Shown here piece after piece: positions 36,368 to 49,793 of a DNA stretch of 64,000 bases (position 1 is the first letter of the stretch; each line of letters starts with the position of its first letter). Under the pieces are notes generated by a model, which made no database searches, was not told where the DNA came from, and was given only the letters and a program-made list of their open reading frames with translations. The position numbers were made by a program, and so were the translations under genes. The stretch covers positions 61,504,001 to 61,568,000 of the forward strand of contig NC_135888.1 of assembly GCF_964194155.1 (NCBI RefSeq). Reading direction: 5' to 3'. The DNA comes from Cetorhinus maximus. Taxonomy: Eukaryota.

Positions 36368-37019
36368 AGGCAAAATTTTGCCCTTGGCATGCAGAATCAG
36401 CAGGGGCGAGTAGGGGTGGTCGGGAAGCCAACCGCTGCCCGTGATCGACAGCGCACTACAATTTCACGTTGGCGAGCCATGTAAGGCCCGCCCAGTAAGA
36501 TACGCGAGCGCGGCACCGGGCACTGCCTGTGCAGATGGGGGGAGGAGGCCGAGCAGACCTAGTGCGAACTTTGCACGTGTGTGTGAGAGAGAACGCTGAA
36601 TAATCTCCCTGAGCCACGGAGCTGCCTCAGGGGGATGAAGAAGATATTGAAAAAATTAATAAACAACAGAAAAATAGAATAAAACATGTCACATGAGCAG
36701 GGACATAAAAACATAAAGTTTTATTTTATTTTTATTTGCTTTTGGAAACCTCATCTCGCCAACGGATGAGGTTTCCAAAAATGTTCAAAGGCCGCTTGGC
36801 CTTTTCACCTGCCCGCCAGCTGTTAGGTTGAACCGGCAGTGAAAAATTAACATCAATTGATAACTTAATGGCCTTAAGAGGCCTTTTAATTGTCAGTGGG
36901 TTTGCTGCCAGCTCCGGGGCGCACCGGCCAACCGAACCATCGCGCGGCTGCGCCTTGACATCACTTCACACGTGGTTGGGTCGGGCGCATGCCCGCCTGC
37001 CGAGCTAAAAATCCTGGTC
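36368..37019. mobile_element. PIF/Harbinger-like MITE inserted in a Deu-SINE (36295-37395)
   Basis: GGCAAAATTTT / AAAAATCCTGGTC ends, internal hairpins; SINE head and body flank it. Confidence 0.8.
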
Positions 37020-40000
37020 ATAATCTAGGCTAACACATCAGTGCAACACTGAGGGAGTGCTGCAACTATTGGCGTTGGGTGCTTTCAGGTGAGATACTAA
37101 ACTGAGGCCCTGACTGTCCTCTCGGGTGGAAGGAAAAGATCTCATGTCACTATTTGGGGGTGTGGAGCGGAGTTATTCTGGACAATATTTATCCGTCAAG
37201 CTGAAATCAGAACATTTGGTCATTTCATTTCACTGTTGCCTGTGGGACCTTGGACCTTGCTGTGTGAAAATTGGCTGCTGTGTTTGCCTTGATTGTAACA
37301 GCGATTACACTTCAAAAGTACTTGATTGGTTGTGAAGTACTTTGGGACACCCTGAGGTAGTGAAAGGTAATATAATAATGTGAACTCCTTCTTTCACTGT
37401 ACATCCTCAGCACAATCTCTATGGAGGGAAGCTGTCTCTGTTCCCCAAAATTCCATTTTCCTTTCTCATCTCTCCTCAACATCACTTAGTTGTTCAAAGT
37501 GTTGACTCTTCTGTTCTTCTCCGGCACTTAACCGAATCTCCTGTTTCTAACCTTAATCATTGAGTATAATCTTTTTTGACCTATATGTAATACTGTATAT
37601 TTACCAGAGACAGGGGCCCATAACTGTCACTCAAAGCTCCCACTGCCATTGTTAACAATTGAAAATAGTTGCCAAGATAGATCTTTTTAGCCATTAAAAT
37701 TTGAATGACTGGACAGTGAACTATATAATTTGTGATGTAGGTTTTTGTGGTAGGGCTTTGAATCTACAGCTTTTATGTTGTTATCTCTTCCAGCTGAATT
37801 CTGCTAAAGTGAAAGCATCTCTATAGTTGCCAGGAGACACAACTTAGTTGCTGTAGCAAAAACTGAAGGGAAGCAGTCACTCAGCATAGCTTGGTAGTGG
37901 TAATAGGACAGTGATATGGGATTAAATCATGAGATTGTCTATCCCCAGAAACTCATCTGATGAGCTTGCTGCTTTAAAGTGTTGGACTGAAATTGCTCTG
38001 TGCTGTGCTAGTGGGAAATGAATTAATGTTTAATGTTAGAACCCAGTTGCTTTTCAAGAAGGGTTCAATACAAGTGGATGGGTTGGTTAAAATAGCGGAT
38101 ATAGCCATTTCATATCTTCATTACTAACTGGGCAGATTTTAATTTCAATGTTTTGACTGTGAAATGATGCATCAGACATGTAGTCAGCCTCTGACTTAAG
38201 TGTTGCAAATATAGGATTTTCCTTCGTTGATAGCTCTGATGACTTATCAGCTTCATGGTAAAGATTCCATGGTGCACAAGATGTGTGCTGTGTCAAAACG
38301 TCTGAAGGTGCAGTAGAGACTAGCGGTACCTCTGAGATCCTGTGTAGCTTGCATTACATTAGATATGGATTCTATGAATTAAATCAAATTGATTGGGTTG
38401 GGTTAGATTGGATTGGGATGGTTTGGATAGGATTCACTCGAAAACTTGTATCAGGTTCTCAGAGGGGAATTTTAACCCTCAAAAACTAGTGGGTTTGGAC
38501 TGAGTGGAATGTAACAATTTTTAAAATTTCAGATCCAAACTCAACCTACCTTGAAACTGCCCATTTTATGGAAGGCGGGATGGGGCGGGGCAATCAATCC
38601 AGTCCCAGAGAGTCAATTACTCATTTAAATATTTTAATGAGGCTGTATACCTCAGATTTTATCTCTCTTCCAGTTTTAACACTGAATGGCTGGGTTTCCA
38701 GGCTGGAGAAAACAGAGCAGCTAAAGGGAGGTGAGCAATACTGAGCATTAGAGTTAAGGCCTTTCTAGTTCTGCTGGTGAGTCAGGAGGAGCAAGAGTGC
38801 TTCTTCCAAGCTCTTCAATCTACTGCTTCTCTCCACGATTTGACTCCCATCATCATAAGAATTCCCCCTCTCCATGGTTGGAACCCCCTCCCCCCTCCCA
38901 CCCAATGATATCACCTCTCTCTCGTGATCTCCCTATGATAGTAGCCCCTCCACTTCCCATCATGGCCCTCGAACTATCTGCAACCTCCCAAGAGGCCATT
39001 GAATGTTCTTAAGGCAGAGGTAGATAGATTCTTGTTAGGCAAAGGAATCAAAGGTTATTGGTGGGGAGGAGGGAACGTGGAAATCAAAACACAAGAAGAT
39101 CAGCCATGATCTTATTGAATGGTGGAGCAGGCTCGAGGGGCCGATTGGTCAAACCTGTTCTTATTTCTTATGTTCTTATGTAAGATCATCCCCTTAACCT
39201 ACAAGCTGCACCTTCTACCCCAGCGGGACAAAACTACCCACCGGTGTTCTCAGCCTTATTGCTCCTGAGGCCCCCCACCCCCCCCATTATAAACATTCCA
39301 TGAACTGCCTGTAGGGCAAGTATTTTTTTTCTGTATAAACATAGTTGCACAATTAAACATATTTATCTGTTAATATTTTTGTTTTACCCACTTGATGAAT
39401 AACATGTTACCGGTGTCGAACAATAATTCTGACTTCCACGTGCCTACACATAAGTAATGATCGGAACTCCCCCACCTCTGTGCTTTGCTTCCATTGATGT
39501 CTTTGCTGAAGTTACAGCTTCACATAGGTGGGTTTTATTAAATGGAATCAATGTTTCCAGTGCTGCTGAGGAAGCGGTGTTGTATTCATTGGAGCATCCA
39601 CACCAAAATGTCTCCAACAGTGTTTCACTGAGCTTGGTACGAGGGAGCTGCCTGGTGAAATGTCAATGAGCTCTCCCAACAGCTTTGACGCGACCGAGGG
39701 CGGCAGTTTAGTTTCAATATCCTCACTAAAGTGGCCCACTGGGATTATTCCACAGCGAGTTCTGGAAAATAAGTATTTGCTGAGTAGAACAGAAAAAAAG
39801 TGCCTTCAGCTGCAGTTTGATTGTCAAAGTCAACTTTTCCTGGCCGAAAGAATGTAAGAGCTCAAACGTACCCTTAGATTCCCCCTCCCTGCAACTGTCA
39901 CCGGGACAGGCTGACAAGGAGGGAAACCCTTCATAAGGCTGAGTAGGTTGGCAGGATAATTGCTACTTTTTCAGTAACAAAAATAATCAACACAAAGGGA

Positions 40001-40067
40001 TCGTTTTACAATATAAAAGATTTATACTTTTTAAAAATCTACCTTTCATCTCTTACATGCTATTTTT

Positions 40068-40715
40068 TACTTGTTGGAGGGATGTGGGCATCACTGGCAA
40101 GGCCAGCATTTATTGGCCATCCCTAAATGCCCTTGAGAAAGTGGCGATGAACTTCTTGAATTGCTGCAGTCCATGTGGTGTAGGCACGCCCACACGGTTG
40201 GTAGGGAGGAACTTTGACTCAGCAACACTGAAGAACGGCGATATAGTTCCAAGTCAAGATGGGGAGAGCTGGTACAGACACGATGGGCCGAATGGCCTCC
40301 TTCCATGCCATAACTATTCTGTGATCCTGTGGGTGATTTGGAGGGGAATTTGCAGGTGGGGGCTGTTCCCATGTGTCTGCTGCCCTTATTCTTATAGGTG
40401 GTAGAGATCGTGGGTTTGGAAGGTGCTGCCGAAAGAGACTTGGAGAGTTGCTACCATGCTTTTTGTAGATGATACACACTGCTGCCACTGTGCGCTTGTG
40501 GTAGAAGGACTGAATGTTGAAGGTGGTAGAGGGGGTGCCAATCAAGCGGGCTGCTTTGTCCTGGATGGTGTAAAGCTTCTTGAGTTCTGTTGGAGCTGCA
40601 CTCATCCAGGCAAGTGGAGAGTATTCCATCGCACTCCTGACTTGTGCCTTGTACAGGCTCTGGGAATTCATGAGGTGGATTACCCACCACAGAACTCCCA
40701 ACCTCTGAGTTGTTC
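40068..40715 (-). mobile_element. Second CR1-superfamily LINE, RT C-terminus and 3' UTR
   Basis: QRLGVLW, LYKAQVRSAMEYSPLAW, IQDKAARLIG in ORF 40219-40788. Confidence 0.85.
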
Positions 40716-40764
40716 TTGTTGAGTAGTCAATAAGAGCAACTGAGTATTCAGTTGTGAGGGGAAT

Positions 40765-41230
40765 TGAGTATTCAATTCCCCCTCCCAATAAACAATAACA
40801 TTCTACTAGCCTTCTTAATTACTCGCTGTACCTGCATCCTAACTTTTGCGATTCATGCACTAGTACACCCAGATCCCTCTGCATCTCAGAGCCCTGCAAT
40901 CTCTCACCATTTAGATAATATGCTTCTGTTTTATTCTTCCTGCCAAAATGGACAGTTCCACATTCTCCAATACTATATCCATTTGCCAGATCTTTGCCCA
41001 CTCACTTAACCTTTCTATATCCTTTTGTCCTCTTCACAACTTACTTTCCTACCTATCTTTGTGCCATAAGCAAATTTAGCAAACATACGTTTGGTCACTT
41101 CATCCAAGTCATTTATATAGATCGTAAAAATTGAGGCCCCATCACTGATCCCTGTGGCGCACCTTTCAGCACAAATTGCCAACCAGAAAATGACCCATTT
41201 ATGTCTATCTCTGTTTCCTGTCAGCTAACC
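40765..41230 (-). mobile_element. CR1 LINE RT fragment
   Basis: VHFGRKN, QRDLGVLVH; PQGSV and IYINDL remnants. Confidence 0.8.
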
Positions 41231-41412
41231 CAATGACGGAAGGAAGTTCCATCATAAGGTCACAAGTGGGGGTGTTTGCTGTTGATTGCACAATGTTCAG
41301 CACCAGTTGCGACTCCTCAGATACTGAAGTAGTCCATGTCTAAATGCAGCAAGACCTGGACAATATCCAGGCTTGGGCTGACAAGCAGCGAGTAACATTC
41401 ACACCACACAAG

Positions 41413-41575
41413 TTGCCATGGAGAATGCCTCTACCAATCAGAATCCATTGACAACCAATTAGCACTCTCTTCTCAGTATAAAGTTGTTCCTTCCCTGACA
41501 TTGGTATTCTTATGACTGTCCTGATGCGTGCAAGATGAAAAGCTTTGGCAAAATGTATTTTTTCAACAATATTCT
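41413..41575 (+). mobile_element. Short element with promoter-like motifs and a degenerate hammerhead
   Basis: GTTGCCATGG, two CCAAT, TATAAA, then TGTC-CTGATGC-GT(gcaag)AT-GAAA-AGCT-TT-GGCA. Confidence 0.5.
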
Positions 41576-42023
41576 GGGGTCAGTTAGAAGACCAAAATAG
41601 TATTTTCTCAGTCCCGTGATCCTGACTAGTTTGGTTTTAATTAGCATTGCCAATCTTAGGCAGTGTTTTATAAACACTTTAACCTGGATTCAATGTTTAT
41701 TCTCTGAATGGCATTCTCCTTGAACTATATTGGAAATGGTTCAGCTGATTTGGTATGAGGTCCTGTAATGCCACCTGCTGGTGCAGGAAGAAGACTGCAG
41801 GCAACATCAAACAGTTCGGTAAAGTTCTGTCAGTGGAGGCTTTAGCTTTTGAAATACATGAGCAATTCTGTCCAACATTTCGATCGCTAAAAAAGGTAGA
41901 GTAGTTTATAAAGCATTTTAAACAGCAGGACCTCTCTCTTTTGGTGGCACAGATGGTCGAGGTGAAGTGTAGGTCAGAAGGACCCTGGTTCAGTGACAGC
42001 AGGATGACAACAGTTAAAAAAGG

Positions 42024-43130
42024 AAGATCTGCCTTTATAGTATGTCTTTTAGCACCACAGAACACCCAAAGTGCTTTACAGGTAATGAAGTATACTTTTG
42101 AAGTATAGTCACTCTCACGATGCAGGATAGCTACCAATTTACACGCAGCAAGATCCCACACACAGCAATGTGGTAGTGATCCGGATAATCTGTTTTTCCA
42201 ATGTTGATTGAGAGGTAACTCCATTGTTCTTCTCTGAATAGAGCCTTGGGGCTGGGTTTTCCCATCCTGGATTGGGCTGGAATAGAGGTGGGCAGGAAAT
42301 AAAAATGGCCGAGACATCGAAGGGCCGGAGGTCCCACCTCCATTTCCTGCCTCACTGACTTTCCCGAGGGCGGAGGAACGTGTTGACTTCAGAACTCGCC
42401 CGTGCCGATTAAGAGGCCAATTGAACTTGCTGAGGGCTTATTAAAATCCTGTCTGCAAAAACCTTTGGTATATTCCCGGAGGGGCCTAGAATTCAACAGC
42501 TGACTGTGTCACACAGCTGCAAGGAGGCAAGGGCCATGTCTGGGACAAGTCATGGAGGTGAGGAGAGTTTCAAAATGTAAGCCAAAATGCTTTTCAAAGG
42601 TTAAAAGGCTTAACCTTTAAAGTTAAAGTTGCAGCAGCCCCACACAGGTCAGGGGAGGAGTCAGGATTATGAACTCTGCCAGCCCAGGGGTCACCACCCA
42701 CCTGGCATCAGGTGGGTACTGGAGCAGTGGACACAGCTGTTTGAAGCCCACCCGAGCCATCAGGAAAGCTGCAGCTGGAAATGCAAGCTACACCCTCAGG
42801 CATTGAAGACCACTGGAAATGAGGAGCAGCAGCCTGCAGAGGAAGGGCAGAGCACTGGGCATTAGGAAGCCAGAGGCCAGAGGAGAGGGACAAGGAGCAT
42901 GAAGGAGAAGGCGACACCACCCTGAGCACAACATCAATGGACAGAGGCACAGAGAGCTGTGGATGACTGAGAACCAGTGCTGAAAGAGATAGCAACTCTC
43001 CATTAAGATGATCACAGACATCACTGAAGTGGCAGCCTTGATTTTTGTGTTTGTGTCCTGGAGTGGGATTTACACCCATAGCCTTCTGATTCAGTAGCAA
43101 GAGTTCTACCAACTGAGCCACGATAGACAT
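42024..43130 (-). mobile_element. Deu-domain SINE split by a MITE-like insertion (~42248-43018)
   Basis: SINE tail/core at 42024-42245, head at 43020-43130; GGGGCTGGGTTTTCCC start of the insertion. Confidence 0.65.
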
Positions 43131-43353
43131 GTATGATCCTGAGCTAGGGAAAGGAAAATTAGCTCAGGACTCCTGGCTGCCACCCAGCTGCTGTTGGAAT
43201 GCCCCTGAGTGTAATCGTGGGGCAGGGACTGCACTGGAGTTGGTTGTGACTCACTCTATGATTGAACAGTAACATGAAGAATGACAAGTCAGCTAAGGTA
43301 TGGGATGGCATTGGTGAGCCATTCAATCAAATCTCGGTAAAGAACAAATTGAT

Positions 43354-43412
43354 AGCCAAGATTTTTCCCTCATCGGGGAGTGTGCCCGCCCGCTCAGCGA
43401 AAAATCCTGCCC
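43354..43412. mobile_element. 59-bp TIR-only Harbinger-like mini-element
   Basis: AGCCAAGATTTTTC / GAAAAATCCTGCCC, TSD GAT. Confidence 0.7.
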
Positions 43413-44009
43413 GATAAATCTCAGTGAAGGATTATAGTTAACTTGATTTTTAAACTGAAGAAAAGCAAGTTCCCAAATAAATGTACATAGTCCCAAAAAT
43501 ACTCAGACAACCTTTATTTCAATGTTTTTCCTTTACAAATTGTGATTCAATCCAATCCTTTAAATATTTACACCATAAACGGGGAATACAGCAGAAATCC
43601 CAATTCCCTTTATAAAATACTAAGCACTTTTCCTTCCCAAAGCTGACACACTGCTTTCATTGGCTTTTGCAGCACCTTATTGAACATTAGCACCTTGTGT
43701 ACCTTTGAAAGCAACACATGGAAGGTTTCAATTGCTATGATCCAGAATGCGAATCTGCTATTTAGTACAGATGTGCCTCTTATACCAGGCACCACAGGAT
43801 AGGTCACATCTGTTGAACCCTCTCAGATGAAGTGAAATATTGCCTTATTATGAACAATTACAGCCCAAATGTAGACATGGTCCACAGTGGAACATGGGCG
43901 CTTGTATAAAATTCTCTGGGCCATTATTTTAGAGCAACTGTTAATCCATTTAAAATAAAGTGACAGTTATGTCAAAATAACAAATAATATACCAACATTT
44001 GGATAAAAT

Positions 44010-44415
44010 AAAGAAAGAATATGCATTTATATAAGTGACTTCCACAGCCTCACAATGTTCCAAGGGTTTTCACACCCAGTGCAGTACTTGTGAAGTGTAG
44101 TCGCTGTTGCCATTGTAGACAACGAGGCAATCAATTTTATGCACAGCAAGCTCCCACAAGCAGCAATGAGATCATGAACCAACACTCTGTATTAGTGATG
44201 TTGATTGGAGCCAGGACACCGGGGGGGAACTGTCATGCTCTGTTTCGAATAGTGTCACAGGATCTTTTATGCGGGCTCTTTAGGACCTCTGCCAAAAGAT
44301 AGCAGCTCCAGTAGCTAGTGCAGCACCTCCCACGGCATTCCACTGCCATGTCATTCTGGAATATGTGCTCAAACCTCCAGGGTGCTTTTCAAACTAACAA
44401 CCTTCTGACTCAAAG
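44010..44415 (-). mobile_element. Deu-domain SINE
   Basis: TGCATTTATATA tail, GCACAGCAAGCTCCCACAA, CCTTCTGACTCA. Confidence 0.7.
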
Positions 44416-45389
44416 CTCAGAGGGCTAACCCTGAACCCCGGATTAAAAAATACAGAGCGCCCAAGGTGGGATCTGAGATGGAGTGGTTCATGAAATTACA
44501 TTGTCTGATTAATGAGGTGCCTGTTGCTGATGCTGTATAGATTTTGCATGTTTGTATTTCTGTGCAATATTCAGCCACTAGTCTTGCCCACAATAACCTA
44601 GGCTGCTCGTTTAATCCCCAAGTTGACATAATTTCCTCCACGTTTTTCCCAAATGTCTTTCTGAAGAGGGTCCTGCCCTCTGCTCGGATATCCAGTTGGG
44701 CAACCAAAGGATATTCTTCACTATGTAACTGAGGGCCAAACACTTGTTATGAATTAATTTTAGAAACTACACCTGCACCTGTCAGTGGCCTGCAAGCTTT
44801 AAGCAAGCTATGCATCATTCAAAAAAAAAATGTTCTTGTGGAGCAGGAGGGCTATGAATGCTCCCCAGCTCCACAGCAGTCACAATCACCCCTTCCCCAA
44901 CATCCTGAGAGGTAGTGCCAGCAAGGCAAGCCGGGGAGATTGCAATCTGGCTCAGGCAAACTGTCTGTGGAGGTCTGAGGATGAAGGATTCAGTTCCATG
45001 GATCCTTGGGCTTCTTGGTTCAGGGGCAGGTTGGCTAACTCACTTCCACCCCACAGCATCCTCCTAAAGTCAAACCCATCGCTAAACACCACAGTCTGGG
45101 CTCATAGTTTTAGAAGGGCAAGTTGGGTTTGGTGCCCAGTTAGGTGCCAACTACCTGTAGAGACTAAAATCCCATTCTTTCCCTCTAGGAGAGGAATGGC
45201 AAAAATATTAATTAATTCATCAAATATACAAATATATTTTTCATATTGGTGTTCAAAGCCTAGGAATGATTGTTTTTCCTCACCACACTGTACATTGTTG
45301 ATCTATGCCACAGCTAGGATTAGAACAACAGCTAATTAATTATTTGTATATTTTCCCATTGTGTTATTTGAAAGCAGCATGTATTTACA

Positions 45390-45895
45390 ACAATAATCTG
45401 CATTGACAGAGTGCCAATAACATCCCGAGGTGTTTCACAGCATCGCAATCAGACCAAAGTTGACACAAAGGCAAAGGAGGATATGTTAAGGGGCAGGAAA
45501 GGTGGAGGTTTTCGGGAGGGGAATGAAGAGGCAAGCTTTAGGGAAGGATTTCTGAGATGGAGTCTACATTCCTGAAGGCACGGCCATCAATGCTGGAGTA
45601 AAGTAGGCGGTGGATGCATGAGAGGCCACAGTTGGAGAATCGTTGAGATCGTGGAGTGTCATAGGTCTGGAGGAGTTTACAGAGATGATAAAAGTCGAGA
45701 CCAGGGAGGAATTTTAATACAGCGATGAGCATTTTAAACTCAAGTCATTGGTTGACCAGGAGCCAATGCAGGTTGCCAAGCACAGAGCTGATGTGGGATA
45801 GGATATGTTCAGCTGAGTTGCAGATGAACTCAAGTTTATAGTTGGAGGTCGGCAGGCCAGAAGAGCATTGGAATAGTCAAGTTTCATGGTAACAG
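45390..45895 (-). mobile_element. L2-type LINE 3' fragment
   Basis: CTGAAGGCACGGCCA, GAGCCAATGCAGG, GAGCATTGGAATAGTCAAGT; parallels 8925-10350. Confidence 0.65.
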
Positions 45896-48084
45896 CATTT
45901 TTTCAACTGTGTCTTATTTAATGGTGATTTTCATTTCAATGGGCGTTTTTTTAAAGGATGCATCAGGTTTACGGAGACAAACAAACCATCTGACCTGCAG
46001 CGAAATGGATACAGATGGGTTAATATTCTGAACCCATATAGCTATTGGCACATGGAAGGCTGCACTGCCCACAATTTTCTGCTCATTGGTATGAAGGGGT
46101 AAAAATGGCATTGTTAATATCAACCAGGGCAAGGAATGACAGCTGTCACCAAGCGCTCCTGGAGGTGGAGCTCTAACTTAATACCTTAAAGAAAACACAA
46201 TGGAAGAAAGCCTCAAAACAGAACACTGGGGCATTGTTGCTAAAATGAGCCTTAGTGTCAATCGAGCCAGGCAATGACGGAAATGCAAGCAAGTCTTCTG
46301 TAGATTACAGACCTTAGGGAATTTGTCAAATAATATTGGGGGATCCAAGAGTGCATCAGCATTCTGCCCTTCTGAGTTCAATCCACCATGCACTATGAAC
46401 ACTGGGTTTTGCAAACCCTGCATTTGATAGCTTTTTTTTGACTAACATGCTACTTGTGTGTTAATATTTGTAGGGTCGCTTATGTTGAAAATTTCGGAAA
46501 TCCCTTCCTTGTATCGTCATATCTAAGTTATATTTAAGTGGGTCCAGTAAGAACTTGTGAAGATATAAAATGGTGTGAAAGGATCACAAGGCAAGATATT
46601 TTTGTTCGGTTGTTGGCCATTGGGTCAGTATGGATTTGAGACTCACATCAAGGCTTGAGCTTACCTTAATTAACATTCCAGCATGAGGGAGATGCAATGT
46701 CAAACACTGGCCTGTTTTAGTGAGTTTGATAAAAATCCCACAGCACTGGGTAGACAGTTCTCCTAGAGTCTTAGTTAACATTGGTCCCTCAACCAAGCAG
46801 CACCAAAATACAGGTTTACTGCTTATTCAACTAAAGACTGAGGGGTATTGCTGGATCAAAATGGCTGCCCTGCTTGACTACGTGACAGCAAATGTATGTT
46901 GGGTATTCAACACGCTGTACCATACAAGTGGAAGCATTATTAAAATCTGCATGGCATTAACTAGAAGATTGAATTGTGAGCATTGTATCAAAATGTTTTC
47001 ACACATTAATTAACTTTAACATAAGCTTTGGTGTCAAACACATAAACAAATACTGGAAAACTGCAAGGAGCTTATTTACAAATTAGGGTTTCTCATTCAT
47101 GATACTTAAGGACCACATCAGAATGACGTTTTCACAGTCGGATTTACTTATAATGAAGGTAATTTTTATATTCAACGGCTGGATGATTATCCATTGGAAG
47201 AGAGAGAAACTTCTTTTTAGAAGCCATCATTTCTACAATGAGTGAGTTCATTGCAGGCAGTGAAAGTGAAAATTACGTTCACTGTACAGTGAGGATATTT
47301 GGATTACCAGACCACTAGTATTTGCATTCTATCCAGCATAGTTAGCACTGCCTCCATTTCCATCAGTTTCTCTCATGCTTCATCCTTGCCATGTCAGCAC
47401 CAAGAAACGTATAGAAAGACTTTAAGTAAAAGCCTCTACATCTGTACAAAGTACAAAATATGTCCACAATATAACAATATATTCAAACAGACAAGGAGGA
47501 CAGCAATGCTGAACACAACATCACCAAGGAAAGAGCAAATGTTAAGGAAGCATTTTCTGTCCTCAACATTTTCAGAAGACTGCAGAGTGCTCCAAAAAAA
47601 CAATTAAGTTTGGTACAACTCTGAGTCCCTGAGAGGAGACCCGTTCGAAGGGATCAGAGACTAGAGTGAGCAATTCAGTGTATCCGATCTGCCATTCCCG
47701 TAAAATTCCAGCTGTATATTTTAATGAATGGGACAGCTGAGGCTGCCATGAATCAGGCCCTTCATTTCTGATTCTCCAATCTCTATTGCTTAAGACTACA
47801 AGCTGGAAGTAGAGTCTCACAGAAACAATCCTCAAGTTTTTTTTTTGCTATTGTGAAAGCAGAGATTGCTTTTCCAATGGCTTTTCTGTTCCTCTGTCCA
47901 TTGCCTTGGGTAGACAATCTCTGTGATTGGTTGCTGGTCAACTTGCTTGTAAACATCTGAAGATGGGAGTCAATCTTTTGCAACAGATGCGAGAGAGTGA
48001 AATTGTGCCATGTGATGTAACTTAAGCATTGAAATCATTTGTGTGAAATTCCTTCAACCATTAAGGATTAACAAAGTGGGTGGG

Positions 48085-48120
48085 TATATATATATATATA
48101 TATACACACATGCATACATA
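48085..48120. repeat. (TA)n(CA)n microsatellite
   Basis: Read directly from the sequence. Confidence 0.9.
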
Positions 48121-49793
48121 CAGTAGTATAGAAGAGGGCAACGACAAATCAGCAACCTATTTGCACCCTGCCCATTGACTTCGATTGAACAGGAATTCAG
48201 ATGTAAAACAGGCTGCTGATTTGCTCTGGCCTGATTTGTAGTACCCACCAAGTTAAATTTCATCCCCACTGTCTCAACTCATAATAAAGGACAAGAGAAT
48301 TCCATATACATACAAATTAATCACTGTACACTAACCTCACACAGTATCATGAGGTTCTGGGATCGTTATCATAAGCGAATCTAGATCACTACTTTTTAGT
48401 TTGTTCAGCTTGTGGCATGGGAACTCTTAATAAAGGCCCTAGAGTGACCGCAAATTGCAACTTCAAACCTCATTATTCCTGCAATGTCTATTTCTGTGGA
48501 AAGTTTCTGGCATTGAGCTGATCCAATACAAATCATTTCAAGCCACAGGAAGCAAAAGTGGGACAATCATGTACGTTCCTTAAGGCTAGTAATCACTGCT
48601 GGTGATGAATGTAAAAGGTAGGATTTTTTAATTGCATCCATGGCTCTCCACTTGGGAAACTGTGAGTCAAGGGTCCAGGAGTCATAGATAGGGCTACAAT
48701 GCTGCAGTCCTGGGCCTGGAGTTAGTTATTCACCTGGCGCGAGGCACTGGAAATTAGACCCAAACGTGCACCCAATGTATCTGCTGCTCTCTGATTCTCC
48801 AACCATTCCAGGGTTGGACTGTGAACAGACGATGGCTCACTCATGTGACATCGTACCCACTTTTTCAATTGAGGTCTCAATTCACTTTCTTCTGGGGGGT
48901 TGAGGGGGGTGGGGCGGGGTGCAGTGGTGCAGAGGTATGGGGGAAATGGAGTAGTTAGCAGCTAAGACCTCTGCTTTCTAACAGAGTGGTGTCACCCGAG
49001 CGAGCTCGGTACTGATATTGCCAAGTGATCACTTCTGGCCTTGTATATTTTTATTTTGGCATTGGTATTATCAGCATCTGTGTAGAACTTCTACTTCACT
49101 TGAATTAATATTACTGTTTTTACTATTAGAGAGCAGCAGAGTTGCCAACCCTGCATTCTCCTGGAATTCGAGATTACGCTGCTGGGTATTTCTGGGAGCA
49201 ATCTGGAAAAAAAAATAATTATTGGGCATTAAATAAACTGTGTTTTGTTTTCATTTTCTTTGAACACTTTTATTAATTCTAAGAGATATTGGAAGTGACA
49301 GGGTGTGGGGCGGTCAGGGAGGGAGATATGTGTCGCTGGGTGAGGCAGTTAAAGTCAGTAGGTCCGTCTAATGAAACCTTCAGGAATATGGTCAACCAGA
49401 TTTAACAACCAAAGTGGGCAGAGGTTTAGTGGATTCACGTGACGTTCCTTTATCCGTAATTTTAACAGGGCCTTTAACTCATTCATTTTGAACAGGGTAA
49501 GGTGTCTCTGCTAAGTCAGCTGGGGAGCTGTCAGGCTATCTGTAACATGGATCCTTCCACTAACATAGCAGTCACTTCCGGCAACATCTTTTCACTTCAT
49601 CTGAACGCGAAGGGAAAACGGCTCCCAAGGACTTTCAGAAACATACTTGTACTGTCCGAGTTGGGGGACCTGGGGGCTGGAGCAGGAGGGTTTTCGGAGT
49701 GGGATGGGAAGGTGAGGTGGGAGGAAGGGGAAGAAAGAAGAAATCTGCAACTTTGAAAAATGTCAAGGAAACAATAGGAAACTCGATCTGGTG

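Noticed and set aside
41697-42317. 206-aa ORF
   Set aside because: Runs through a MITE end, a Deu-SINE and unique DNA; no recognisable protein features.
43513-49793. A ~6.3-kb SLC34A1 3' UTR ending at the AATAAA at 43513
   Set aside because: More proximal AATAAA signals exist (~49050, ~49269); the end cannot be decided from sequence.
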